Source: the human T2T-CHM13v2.0 reference genome, Homo sapiens. From it: 64,000 nucleotides of DNA. The stretch lies in NCBI RefSeq assembly GCF_009914755.1, contig NC_060927.1; one strand, 5' to 3'. Under the pieces are notes generated by a model, which was not told where the DNA came from, ran no database searches, and saw only the letters and a list, made by a program, of their open reading frames with translations. Below, in pieces: positions 39,906-52,200 of this stretch. A program made the translations under genes and the position numbers. Numbering within the stretch: position 1 is the stretch's first letter; each line of letters starts with the position of its first letter.

Positions 39906-41003
39906 AATTTTTTTTCCTTTAGATATGACTTTGACTGCATCCCATGTGTATTCAGTTCAGAACATTTTGAAATTTCCGTGTCGTCTTTTTGACTCATGGA
40001 TTATTTTGAGATTTTTGCTTAAGTAAATGGGATTTTAAAGTTATCTTTCTTACTGATTTTTGTTTTAACATTGTGTCAAGGAATTTTCTCTGTAGGATTT
40101 CAGTCTTTGGGCCCAATATGCAGTCAGTTTTGGCAATTTTGTGTGCACTTGAAAAAATTGCCTTTGTTGGGTGAAGTGTTCTCTCTCCATGTATGTATGT
40201 GTATATGAGTTAGATCGAGTTGGTTGCATTGTTCAAATTTTCTTAACCCTTTCTGATTTTTTTTTGCTTCTGTTAATTAATGAGCAGTTTATTAAAATTG
40301 TATGCCATGATGTAGATTTGTCTATTTTTTCTTTTGATTCTGTGAATTTTTGCCCCGTGCATATTAGGTTATGAGGTGCAATCAAATTTCGAATGGTATT
40401 TTCCTGGGACGTGGCTCTTTTATCATTATTAAATGGCCCTGTATCTCTAGCATTACTTCTTGCCTTAACATTTACTTTGTCTAGTTTTCATATAGCTACA
40501 TAAGTTTATTTCAATTAGCGTTTGCATTTTATCTTTTTTGCAACCTTTACTCTCAATCTTTCTGTGTCCTTAAATTTAAGACGTATCTTTTGTAAGCAGC
40601 AGATATATTTTAGAAAGTAAATCTACTAGGGTTTGTCTTTTGTTTGGCCTATTTAGTTATTAGAGTTTCTTTACATATTTGAGTTTAGCTCTACCATCTT
40701 ACATTTTGCTTTCTACTTGTCCATATGTCCTTTGTTTTATTCATTTATTCATTTATTGCTTTCCTTTGTATAATTCTTCATAATTCCATTTTCCTATTGT
40801 TAGATTGCTGGTGTTATATTCTTTAATATTAACTTCATGAACTACCCTACTGTTAACTACCCTAGAGATTACAAGATGCATCCTTGACTTATTAAAGTCA
40901 TATTAATTAGTACATATATTATTACTTCCCAGGCAATACAGGAACCATCAAATATTTAACTATCTTATCCTCATTCTGCCGTTAGTGCTAGTGTGTGTTT
41001 GCT

Positions 41004-41034
<31 letters not shown>

Positions 41035-41251
41035 CTCATAAGGCATTTTGCATCTTTATTTTTTTATACAGTAAATATTTCTTTTTCATATGTGTTTACC
41101 CTTTCTGTAGTTCGTTTTTTCATGGCATCTTAAAGTTTCCATCTGGAATTCTTTTTCTTACTCTGAAGATCATCCTTTGTATTTTCTTTAGTGCAAGTCT
41201 GCTGATTAAAATTCTCTTTTTGCCTTAAACTTCTTTATTTTACCTTTTTAA

Positions 41252-41318
41252 ATAGGTTGGTGCAAAAGTGATTGTGGTTTTTGTCATTAAAACCACAATC
41301 ACTTTTGCACCAGCCTAT
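41252..41318. mobile_element. MADE1 (Hsmar1-derived) MITE, internally shortened
   Basis: TAGGTTGGTGCAAAAGT ... ACTTTTGCACCAGCCTA inverted termini. Confidence 0.92.
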
Positions 41319-41419
41319 TTAAAACCATTTGTTTAACTTTATCCTCATTCCGCCATTAGTGCTAGTGTGTGTGTGTGTGTATCTCATAAGCATTTTTATT
41401 GTTTTATGCAGTAAATACA

Positions 41420-43612
41420 GAAGCTTTATTGATATAATTCACATACTTTACAGTTTACTGATTTAAAGTGTGTATAGATAATTGGTTGTTAGTATATTTA
41501 TAGAGTTATGCAGCTATCACTGTAGTCAATGTTACTATTTCCTCCACAAAAATAAGTCAGTTCCCATTTTACCTCACTGCTCCTAACACTATACAACACT
41601 AATTTACTTCTTTGTCTTTAAACATGTACTATTCTATATATTTCATTAAATGCTACCATAAAATGTGTAGTCTTTTTCTTTTCTTTTATTTGTTTATTTA
41701 TTTTTTTTGAGACGGAGTCTTGCTTTGTCGCCCAGGCTGGAGTGCAGTGGTGCGATCTCAGCTCACTGCAAGCTCCGCCTCCCAGGTTCACGCCGTCTCC
41801 TGCCTCAGCCTCCCGAGTAGCTGGGACTACAGGCGCCCACTATGCCCGGCTAATTTTTTGTATTTTTTAGTAGAGACGGGGTTTCACTGTGTTAGCCTGG
41901 ATGGTCTCAATCTCCTGACCTCATGATTCACCCGCCTCGGCCTCCAGAGTGTTGGGATTATAACAGGCGTGAGCCACTGCACCCGGCCAATGTGTAGTCT
42001 TTTGTATCTGTATTATTTCATTTAGTGTAATGTTATCAAAGTTCATCAATGTTGTTGTATATGTCAGTATTTCATTCTTTTTTATTGTAACTAATATTCT
42101 GTTATGTAGATATCACATTTGTCTGTCTAGTCATTAGTTGATAGACATTTGGGTTATTTCTGCTTTGGGGTTATTATAAATAATGCTGCTGTAAATGTTC
42201 ATATATAGGTTTTTGTGTGGACATATATTTTTATTTCACTTGGGTATTTACCTGCAAGTGAAATTGCTGGAGGTGTTGCTAATTATATTTTACCTTTTGA
42301 AGAACTACCAAACTGTTTTCCAAAGGGGCTATACCATTTTATGTTCCCACCAGCATTGGAAAAGTCTTCCCCACATTCTTACAAAAACTTGTTATCTGCC
42401 TTTTTAATTGTAACCATCACAAGTGGGTATGAGGTGGTGTATGGTTGTTTTAATTTGCATTACCGTGATGGCTGATGATGTTGAGCAAATTTTCATTTGC
42501 TTATTGGCCATTTATATATGTTCTCTGAAGGCATGTCAGTTCAGACCCTTTGCTCATGTTTCAATTGGGTTATTTATATTTTTATAATTGACCTGTAAGA
42601 GGTTCCCCCCACCCCAAGATATATTCTAGAGACAAGTATTTTAGGTATGTGTTCTGCAAATGATTTCTTTTGGTCTGTAGGTTGTGTTTTCTTTCACCCT
42701 ATTGATGTCCATTTTAACAGAAAAGCTTTTCATTTTGATAAAATACACTATCTGTTTTTTATCCTTTAATTGCTTATGCTTGTGCCATATCTAGAAGGCT
42801 TTGACTAACACAAGTTCATGAAGATGTACTACAGTATTTTCTTCTAGGAGTTTTTTAGTTGTACCTCTTATATTCAGCTCTATGATCCATTTTGATATAA
42901 TTTTTGTGTATGGTACAAGGAAAGAGTCTAACATCATTTTTTTAATATGGATATCTAGTTGTTGCAGGACCATTTGTTGAAAAGATTATTCTTTTCCCAT
43001 TGAATTGACTTGGTACTCTTGTTGAAAATAAATTGATAAATGTGATGGTTTATCTGGACTCAGTACTGTTGATTCATATGTCTTCTTATTCTAGTGTCAC
43101 ACAGTTTTGATTAGTTTCAGTCACACAGTTTTAATCACTGTAGTTTTGAAGAAAGTCTTGAAATTGGGCAGTGTTAGTCCTCCAATTTTATTTTATTTTT
43201 CAAGTTTGGTTATTACTAGACCCTTTAGTTTCCATATAAATTTCAGATTTAATTTGTCAATTTCAGCAATTGTGCCAGGTAGGATTTGGATAAGAGAGTA
43301 GGTTGAATCTCTAGATTAGTTTGGAGATTATTGCCATTTTAACAGTATTAACTGTTGATACATGAACATGGGATAAGTTTACATTTATTTAGGCTTTCTT
43401 TAATTTCTTTTAACATTGTTTTGTAATTTTCAGTGTAAGCTTTACACTTCATTGTTAAATTTTTTCATATTTTGTTGGTATTGTCAGTGGCACTGCTTTC
43501 TTAATTTCATTTTTGGATTATTTATTCCTAGTCTATAGAAATGCAGTTGAATTTTGTGTATTGAGCTTGTATCCTTCAAACCTGATGAACTGTTTTATTA
43601 GTTCTAACAGCC
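41420..43612 (-). mobile_element. L1MB-like 3' portion
   Basis: Starts agctttattgatataattcacatac (antisense L1MB 3' end); minus-strand ORF2 remnant [20 protein letters not shown]. Confidence 0.8.
41677..41988 (-). mobile_element. AluY
   Basis: AluY diagnostics (gcaagctccgcc, ggttcacgcc, tgttagcc), CpG-rich; 15-bp TSD AATGTGTAGTCTTTT (41662-41676, 41989-42003). Confidence 0.93.
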
Positions 43613-43837
43613 TCTTCCTCCTGCAATATCTTTTCAGTCCCCTCTCCCAAGACAATGCAGCACTGTTCACATTAAAGGAGAAATACTTAAAGGAATTCCA
43701 TTTTATCACAGAGCATATATAGAAGGATGCATTTGGAGCTGAGAGGCAATATATTGATAATGTGCACATTTCCATAGTGTGACCATATTTTAAAGGTGTT
43801 CATGCACAAGATTAGAAGCTAAGTATTAATGTGTGTG

Positions 43838-44165
43838 GTTTTTTTATTTTGTTGGGTTTTTTTTTTTTTTTTGAGACAGAGTTTCGCTCTTGTTGCCCAA
43901 TGTTGCCCAAGCTGGAGTGCAATGGCGTGATCTTGGCTCCCTGCAACCTCCACCTCCTGGGTTCAAGTGATTCTCCTACCCCAGCCTCCTGAGTAACTAG
44001 GATTACAGGCACGTGCCACCACGCCTGGATAATTTTTTGTATTTTTAGTAGAAACGGGGTTTTACCATGTTAGCCAGGCTGGCCTCGAACTCCTAACCTC
44101 AGGTGATCCGCCTGCCTGAGCCTCCCAAAGTGCTGGGATTACAGGCATGAGCCACCGTGCCTGGC
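43838..44165 (-). mobile_element. AluSp/Sq-like
   Basis: gtttcgctcttgttgccc, gagtgcaatggcg; internal 10-bp duplication TGTTGCCCAA. Confidence 0.92.
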
Positions 44166-44488
44166 TTTATGTATCTCTTAAACCAAATGAAATGAAAAAA
44201 TGTTTATATTATTGCCTTTCTAGAAACTTAAGTTTATACATATTAATTTGTGTAACTAAAACATTTAAATATTTAGATAGTGGATGGAATGTAAAAACAA
44301 CGTAAACAATTGTTTTAAAACCTCTATTAGTCTGCTTTTAGTGTGTCATAACTTGCATTGCCTTGTCACTTATGTGAAACACTTACTCTGTAGATGCTGA
44401 TCTACTGCTTTAGAATATCAAATTGTGACAGTTACTTTATTTCATTGGATATAAATTGTCATTGATTAAAAGATATTATGATTTTATT

Positions 44489-44702
44489 AAGGAAAGGAAA
44501 AGACAAAAACAAACTGTGGCAATACTTTTGTATCACTTATAATTTTTATTTTATATATATTGACTTATTTTATATTTACTATACTTTTATTTCATACAAG
44601 GAAGGAAAAGACAAAACAAAAAAAAACTGTGACAATACTTTTATATCACTTGTAATTTTTATTTTATGTCTATTGACTTATTTTATATTTACTATACTCT
44701 TA
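44489..44702 (+). repeat. Two-copy tandem duplication, period ~109 bp
   Basis: Both copies read aaggaaaagacaaaa...actgtg(g/a)caatactttt...tattgacttattttatatttactatact. Confidence 0.92.
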
Positions 44703-44919
44703 TACTTCTCAATATTTCACCCATAGGCATAGTTTTAAAAATCATCATAATTTGTGTGCATACATGAAAATGGAAATATAAGTGGATAATGTTTAAGGTA
44801 CTCCTATTTTTAATATTCAGTCTTACTTTTTCATATTGCTTTTTGCCTTTCTGTGCTTTTTCATCAGTGCTGTGAGGAGTTATTTGATGCTGTCTTTCAT
44901 AAAAGATACGTTAAAAGAT

Positions 44920-45437
44920 TACCAAGACTACCCTCAGATTCAGTAATTCTCTGGGGCCTTACAGGACTCAGAAGAGTCATACTCAAGGCTATGATTTATG
45001 ACATATAAAGGATACCAAGCACAATCAGCAGTGGGGCCTGAGGCGAAGTCTTGGAAAAACCAGGAACAGGATTCCACAGTCCTTTTCCAGAGTCTCACAA
45101 GATGGATTCAGTTCCCTCAGGAACAAGTTGTGACATTTATGAAATGTTACCAGCCACAGAAGCTCATTAGAGACTAGTGACCCAGTGCACAGGGTTTTCA
45201 TTTGGGGCTGATCATGAGAGTACTCCCTGCCTAGTGTATACCCAAATTCCAGACTCCTAGAAGGAAAGTAGTTATTCAGCATAAACCATATTTGCACAAA
45301 GAGTGAACTATCATCAGTTAATGGTAGAACCCCTCCCCAAATCTAAGTTCACCAATGCCAGTTAAGGGCTAATTTTGCAGGAAGTCTTTTTTTTCAAGGA
45401 TAGCAGTTATGATTGCTATGTTAACTCATTAGTACAC
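44920..45437 (-). mobile_element. MER21-type LTR
   Basis: ccaagactaccctcag...acaggactcag...ggctatgattta and aaggatagcagt...tgctatgttaactc. Confidence 0.75.
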
Positions 45438-46017
45438 AAAAGATAATAGTCACTGAGATTTTTCTTACAAGGCTCTAAGAGCCATTCTGTAAGTTTTCAT
45501 TCTGGTGCTATTCTCATCATACCAGAAGAAATTAGTGGAACATAGGGTTCTCATTAACTTAAAAGTCATAGGTCATAGTGTTGCATACTGTCAGTCATGC
45601 CACTAGGAATAATAACCAAGTTTGCGTATACACAGACCACCTATATCTATTTTAGAGACTTGGGGGAAAAATCTTCATCTTGGAGTCACTGAAAAAAAGG
45701 AACCTAAATTTGCTTTTCAGAAAAGGTTCCATGTTATATTGAGTTTTATATTCAAGAACTTAAAGAGATTCAAAGGCTAATGAATATTTGCTGTTGAGGT
45801 ACTTAATGGAAATTATGGTGGAAGAAAAGAGTGTGGTTGGATTATAGTATTATAGTGTGCATTTCTGGGGTCTACCTTTGATCAGCTTCTGTTCAGAAGG
45901 CAGAAGAAAGAACAAATTGCTAAATAGTGCAGAAAAAGACTCCAGACATCTAATCTGGTTATATTCAGCCTCCTTCCTGTTCCCCTGCCCCTTACTTTTT
46001 TCAACAGCTTTACATAT

Positions 46018-48306
46018 TAATATGGTTTGGTGGTGTCCTCACCCAAATCTCATCTTGAATTCCCATGTGTTGTGGGAGGGACCCTATGGGAGGTAATTGA
46101 ATCATGGGGGCAGGTCTTTCCTGTGATCTCCTTGTGATAGTAAGTCTCATGAGATCTGATGGTTTTACAAAGGGGAGTTTCCTTGCACAAGCCCTCTATG
46201 CCTGTAGCCATCCATGTAAGATGTGACTTGCTCCTTGTTGCCTTCCACTGTGATTGTGAGGCTTCCCCAGTCAGCTGGAACTGTGAGTTCTTCATTAATC
46301 CTCTTCCCTTTGTAAATTGCTCAGTCTCGGGTATGTCTTTATCAGCACCATGAAAATGGGCTAAAATAGTAAATTGGTGTCAGTGGAGTGGGGCATTACT
46401 GAAAAGATGCCTGAACATGTGGAAGTGACTTTGGAACTGGGTAACAGGCAGAGGTTGGAACAGTTTGGAGGGCTCAGAAGAAGACAGAAAAATGTGGGAA
46501 AGTTTGAAACTTCCTAGAGACTTGTTGAATGGCTTTGCCCAAAATGCTGATAATATGGACAGTAAAATCCAGGCTGAGGTGGTCTCAGATGGCGATGAGG
46601 AACCTGTTGGAAACTGGAGCAAAGGTGACTCTTGTCATGTTTCTGCAAAGAGTCTGGTGGCATTTTGCCCCTACCCTAGAGATATGTAGAACTTTGAAGC
46701 TGAGAGAGTTGATTTAGAGTATCTGGTGGGAGAAATTTCTAAGCAGCAAAGCATTCAAGAGGTGACTTGGGTGCTATTAAAGGCATTCAGTTTTAAAAGG
46801 AAAATAGACCATGCAAGTTTGGAAAATTTGCAGCTTGACAATGTGATAGAAAAGAAAATCCCATTTTCTGAGGAGAAATTCAAGCTGGCTGCAGACATTT
46901 GCATAAGTAATGAGGAGCCAAATGTTAATCATCAAGACAATGGGGAAAACGTCTCCATGCCATGTCAGAGACCTCTGCAGCAGCCCCTCCCTCCCATCAC
47001 AGGCCTGGAGGTTTGGGAGGAAAAATGGTTTCTTGGGCTGGGCCCAGGGTCCCTCTGCTGTATGCAGTCTAGGACTTAGTATACTGCGTCCCAGCCGCTC
47101 CAGCCGTGACTGAAAGTGGCCAAGGTACAGCTCGGGCTGTTGCTTCAGAAGGTGGAAGCCCCAAGCCTTGGCAGCTTCCACATGTTGTTGAGCCTGCGGG
47201 TGCACAGAGGTCAAGAATTTGGGTTTAGGAACCTCCACCTAGATTTCAGAAGATGTATGGAAAGGCCTGGATGCCCAGGCAAATGTTTGTTGCAGGGTTG
47301 GGGCCCTCATGGAGAATCTCTGTTAAGGCAGTGCAGAAGGGAAATGTGGGGTGGGATCTACCCCACAGAGTCCCCACTGGGATACCACCTAGTGGAGCTG
47401 TGAGAAGAGGGCCACTGTCCTCCAGACCCCAGAATTGTAGATCCACTGACAGCTTGCACTGTTCACCTGGAAAAGCTGCAGACACTCAATGCCAGCCCGT
47501 GAAAGCCGGGAGGGAGGCTGTACCCTGCAAAGCCACAGGGGCAGAGCTTCCCAAGACCATGGGAACCCATCTGTTGTATCAGCGTGACCTGGATGTGAGA
47601 CATGTAGTCAAAGGAGATCAAAGGAGATCATTTTGGAGCTTTAAGTTTTGCCTGCCCCACTGGACTTCAGCCCCTTTGTTTTGGCCAGTGTCTTTCATTT
47701 GGAATGGCTGTATTTATCCAATACCTGTACCCCCATTGTATCTAGGAAGTAACTAACTTGCTTTTGACTTTACAGGCTCATAGGCAGAAGGGACTTGCCT
47801 TGTCTCGAATGAGACTTTGAACTGTGGACTTTTGAGTTAATGCTGAAATGAGTTAAGGCTTTGGGGGACTCTTGGGAAGGCATGATTGTTTTTGAAATGT
47901 GAGGACATGAGATTTGGGAGGGGCCAGAGATGGAATGATATGGTTTGGCTGTGTCCCCACCCAAATCTCATCTTCAATTCCCACATGTTGTGGGAGGGAC
48001 CTGGTGGGAGGTAATTGAATCATGGGGGCAGATCTTTCCTGTGCTGTTCTTGTGTTAGTGAATAAGTCTCACAAGATCTGATGGTTTTAAAAAGAGGAGA
48101 TTCCTTGCACAAGCTCTCTATGCCTGCTACCATCCATGTAAGATGTGACTTTTCTCCTTGCCTTCCTCCCTGATTGTGAGGCTTCTCCAGCCCTGTGGAA
48201 CTGTGAGTTCTCCATTAAACCTCTTCCCTCCATTAAACCTCTTCCCTTTGTAAATTGTCCACTCTCGGGTGTATCTTTATCAGCAGCATGAAAATGGACG
48301 AATACA
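46018..48306 (+). mobile_element. Complete THE1A MaLR element: 5' LTR 46018-46368, internal 46369-47935, 3' LTR 47936-48306
   Basis: Two homologous LTRs around THE1-int (gtggaagtgactttggaactgggtaacaggcagagg), purine-rich tract before the 3' LTR, perfect TSD CATAT (46013-46017, 48307-48311). Confidence 0.95.
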
Positions 48307-48707
48307 CATATATAAAAATTTTACATGTATAAAAATGAAGCTGCTCTGACAGAAGCTGTTAGCCTTGTGCTTTGAAATTCTCTTGTGTAGTACTTTTCCC
48401 CACCTCTTCCTTGAGTTACATTACTAGAATTGAACATGGAGATCAATTTGAAAACCACTTTCTAGTCTAGATTCTTCCTTTTCTAGATGAGGAAGCTGAA
48501 ACCTATTGAGTTTATAATTATCCTTTTCTTTGGTTTTAATCTGTAAAGTTATCTGGATTTAGAACAGAGAAGAAAAAAATACATCTAAACTAACACTGAT
48601 TCTAGGACCTTTCAGCAGTGTGCAAGTCTGAACGTCTTCCCTGTTTTTGTTCATGTTATCACTACTGTTGTTCTGGGTATCATGCCAAATTTAGTGCAAT
48701 ACTCTCT

Positions 48708-49090
48708 TATATTAGTTTCCTAGGGCTTCTATAACACATTATCATAAACTAGTGACTTAAATATATTCTCACACAGTTCTGGAGCGCAGAAGTCTGTAAT
48801 TTGTGCTATGCATCCTATTTCAAAATCAAGCCGTGTTCCCTCCAGTGGCTCTAAGGGAGATTTTGTTCCATGCTTCTTTCAGCTTTGGTGGCTACAGGCA
48901 TTCCTTGTCTTGTGGCTGCATAACTCCAGTTTTTTCCTGTGTCTTTACATGGCCTTCTCATCTCTCTGACCTCACTCTGTGTATTTTCTGTAAGGACACT
49001 TGTCATTGGATTTGGGATCTACCTGGATAATCCAGTGTCATCTCATCCTGAGACCTTTAACTTAATTACATCTTCAGAGACTCATTTTTC
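48708..49090 (-). mobile_element. MLT1-type LTR
   Basis: tattagtttcctagggct...cagttctggag...taaggacacttgtcattggattt...ttaattacatct. Confidence 0.8.
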
Positions 49091-50742
49091 CAAATAAGAT
49101 AACAGGTTCATTTCACCTAATTACTCTTTCTGCATCTGTGCTCTCTTTTTTCCAGTACAATATGTGAACTGTTAGACCAGTTTTCCTATTTACTCTTGTT
49201 AATTTTTTGACTTCCTGTATTTTCAACCTGCAATATTCTGTTTCTCCTCCTGACTACACTTTAAGTTTCCCAAGGTAAGGAGCATGCTTCATCTCCTTTG
49301 TCCTTCCTCAGCATAAATGCCTGGCCCATACAGGTAGGTTGTTAAATAAACGTTAGTTTAAAAAAAAAAAAAAAAGATGAGCAAACAAACTTAATTAAGA
49401 ACTTGCCTTTCTGGCCTTATCTCCTGTCATTTTGTTACCAATACTTGGGTTTTTCTGAGTTTTATAAACTTTCCTTGTGTTTTCTGTTGCTGTGAGCCTG
49501 TTTGCTTTTGTTTTTCCTTTAGTGCCTTTACCCTGCCTGGAAAATCCCACCTCACCTAACATCCAGCATAAATGCTACTGATCTCCTACAGCTTACAGAC
49601 AAAATTAGTCACTAGTTTAGTTGTAGCTGAAAGAAAATGTTACTTTCTAGATGTAGCTTTTCTTACTCTACACACTTCTCTCATTGGTTTTCCTAAGTAT
49701 CTTTTTAAGTTTGTACTCTTACCTAGGAGGCTCTCATAAGGATAATATGTCCCTGTTTGCCTTGGAATATCTAGGTTTACAAGTATTGTGGTAAAATTAT
49801 TAATAATGTTTCTCTAAACAAAATTTTCGCTTGGTTAACAAATTACGTGGTCACTGTAGCCATAACGTTCATTGCCTTGTGTGTCTTATTTTCTTTTCTA
49901 GATTATCAGTTCTTGGAATTTGTAGCTATACAATCTTCTGTGTTGTAGAACATAGTATTAATACTTTATATTCCATGAGTGAAAATCAATAAATATTTGA
50001 ACACTTAATATGTGCTATGCATCCTATATTTTGCCTGTATTAGCACCCTTTTTTTCTTAACCTTCAGTTGTCTTAGAGTATCTACGTGTCTCAAACAAAA
50101 ATTTGCAGTCACACCAGCCTCGCAAAGTCTAACTATGGATCAGTCTGGCTCTATACATTCTCTGTGCTTACCTCTTAGCTGCTAGTGATGCTGGGGTTAG
50201 GGGAGTGGGGAAGAAATCATATAGCCTTGTACATTAGTGCCACTACAGAATCAGGCTTTAGTTTTAACTGGACCTCAAACAATTTTAGTGCTTCTTCCTT
50301 TGGTGCTTAGTTAGTACCTATTTCCATGTTTGAGTGCTTCCTTTTAAATTTTATTGAGACCTTGTTAATTAGGTGATAATAGTCTTGTTTTATAGGTGAT
50401 AAAACAGCTCAAGGACCCAGAGTCACACTGTTCTTGAATCTAGGTTAGTCCAACTCCAAAGTTCTTGCTTTTTTTTATTCCATTTTGTTACTCGTCTACA
50501 GTTTTAAGTCTCATTCTTAGACCTTAGAAGTACGTGTGTTACTGAATCATAAGCCCTATGTAATTGTTTAGAGGTGCTTCCTTTGAAACAGCAAGTTTGA
50601 GATTTTTGGATTATTAATGAATGTTGACATGTGGGTATACAAATTTTTACCTGGACCGTTATAGAAGGCTATATGAGAATTGGTAGATTTTTGTCTTTAA
50701 AGCGCCAGTTCCTTACATTGTCAACTTCTAAGAAGATATTTA

Positions 50743-51049
50743 CAAGTTCACAAAATTTGAAATGCTCCAAAATTTGAAACTTTCCATAGCTGACAACTTT
50801 GTTCTCTGATGGTTCAGTGCACACAAACTTGCTTTCATGCACAAAATTTTAAAAAATACTGTGTAAAATTACTTTCAAGCTATATGTATAAGGTGTGTAT
50901 GAAACATAAATGAATTTTGTGTTTAGGCTTTAGTCCTATTCCCAAGATATCTCATCATGTATATGCAAATATTTCAAAATAAGAAAAAAACAGCCAAAAT
51001 TTGAAACACATCTTGTCCTAAGCATTTCAAATAAGGGCTACTCAACCTG
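50743..51049 (+). mobile_element. Tigger4b (MER46/Zombi) fragment
   Basis: gaaatgctccaaaat...cccaagatatctcat...ataagggctactcaacctg then TA. Confidence 0.8.
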
Positions 51050-52024
51050 TAATATAATTTTTGTGATATTTTTGGGAATACATTTTATTAGGATTAAAAC
51101 TCATTTAAATATTTAAATAGTAATTTAAACTAACTTTAAGACTTTTTTAAAAACTAATTTTGAAATTATTTTAAAAATAATTCATTAGTATTTTAAAATT
51201 GCAACAGTTTCACAGGTTGAAGTGGGAATGGAAAGAGTAGAATCTGAATAATTGTTATGAAAACTCTGTCTCTGCATTTTGCTTGCATAGTGCTTAGTTT
51301 AAGAACTGCAATACCTCTCTAACTTTGTAATTTGAAAATCATTGAGATTTTGAACGTCCTGACTAGTAGCTCTTATAGATTTTCTTTCTATAAAACATTC
51401 AATTTTACTCATTTTGTGCTCAACATGAGGGAGTTGGGAAGATAACTGTTGAAAGCCAGGAGGCTGCTTCTTATCTGTGTTTTGCCATTAACTAGTCATG
51501 TAATAACAGCAGATCACTACCTCTATAAAATGAGGTTATATCAGATACCCCCTAAGGTCTCTTCCTGTTCTAAAGTTTTGTGCTTCTCTTCTGAAAATAT
51601 GAAGAAATTGTGCTTTCACCCACACAGTAAATTCAACTAAAGAGAACCCTTACTTAATATTGGTTGGTTAAATCAAGATACTGTCCTTATTTGAAATTAA
51701 AACATAGCAATTGTTTGAGAATAGATGATGAAAACCCCATTTTAGAAAGAACATTTTATAAAAGCCTGAAATTGCTACTTAAAGATTATTAAAAATATCA
51801 TGATACAGTAGGATTAACTTTATAGTTAGTGTTAATGTGTAGAAAATATTTTTGTAGAAATTTGCTATTTTCTATGCCTGTTATTCACTATATTGGTTAC
51901 GTGTAAGTTATTATAGAAACGTAAACTTTTAAAAATTATTTGAAGCTGAATTTTTTAGCTTCATAGAAACCTGTAAACCTTTATTTAGAAAGGAAGTTGA
52001 CTTTTATTGAACTTCTATTCTAGA

Positions 52025-52200
52025 ATTGTGTTATCTAGAACTTTCTGCAGTGATGCAAATATAATGTAGCTATACTGTTCAGTATGATTGTCACTAGCTA
52101 ATTGTGGAAATTGAGTACTTGAAATATGGCTTGTAACTGAAAACCTAATTTAATTTAAATTTAAATAGCCACATGTGGCTAGTGACTGAGACAGTACTGT
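52025..52200 (+). mobile_element. MER3 hAT MITE
   Basis: tagaactttctgcagtgatg...aaatttaaatagccacatgtggctagtg. Confidence 0.78.

Noticed and set aside
43612-44480. Abrupt switch from L1 to 3'UTR-like sequence, considered as a processed pseudogene or L1 transduction
   Set aside because: No ORF, poly(A) tail or TSD identified; would need a BLAT search
46465-47756. ORFs of 74-167 aa in the THE1 internal region
   Set aside because: Fragments of the decayed MaLR internal sequence in different frames; no intact gag or pol
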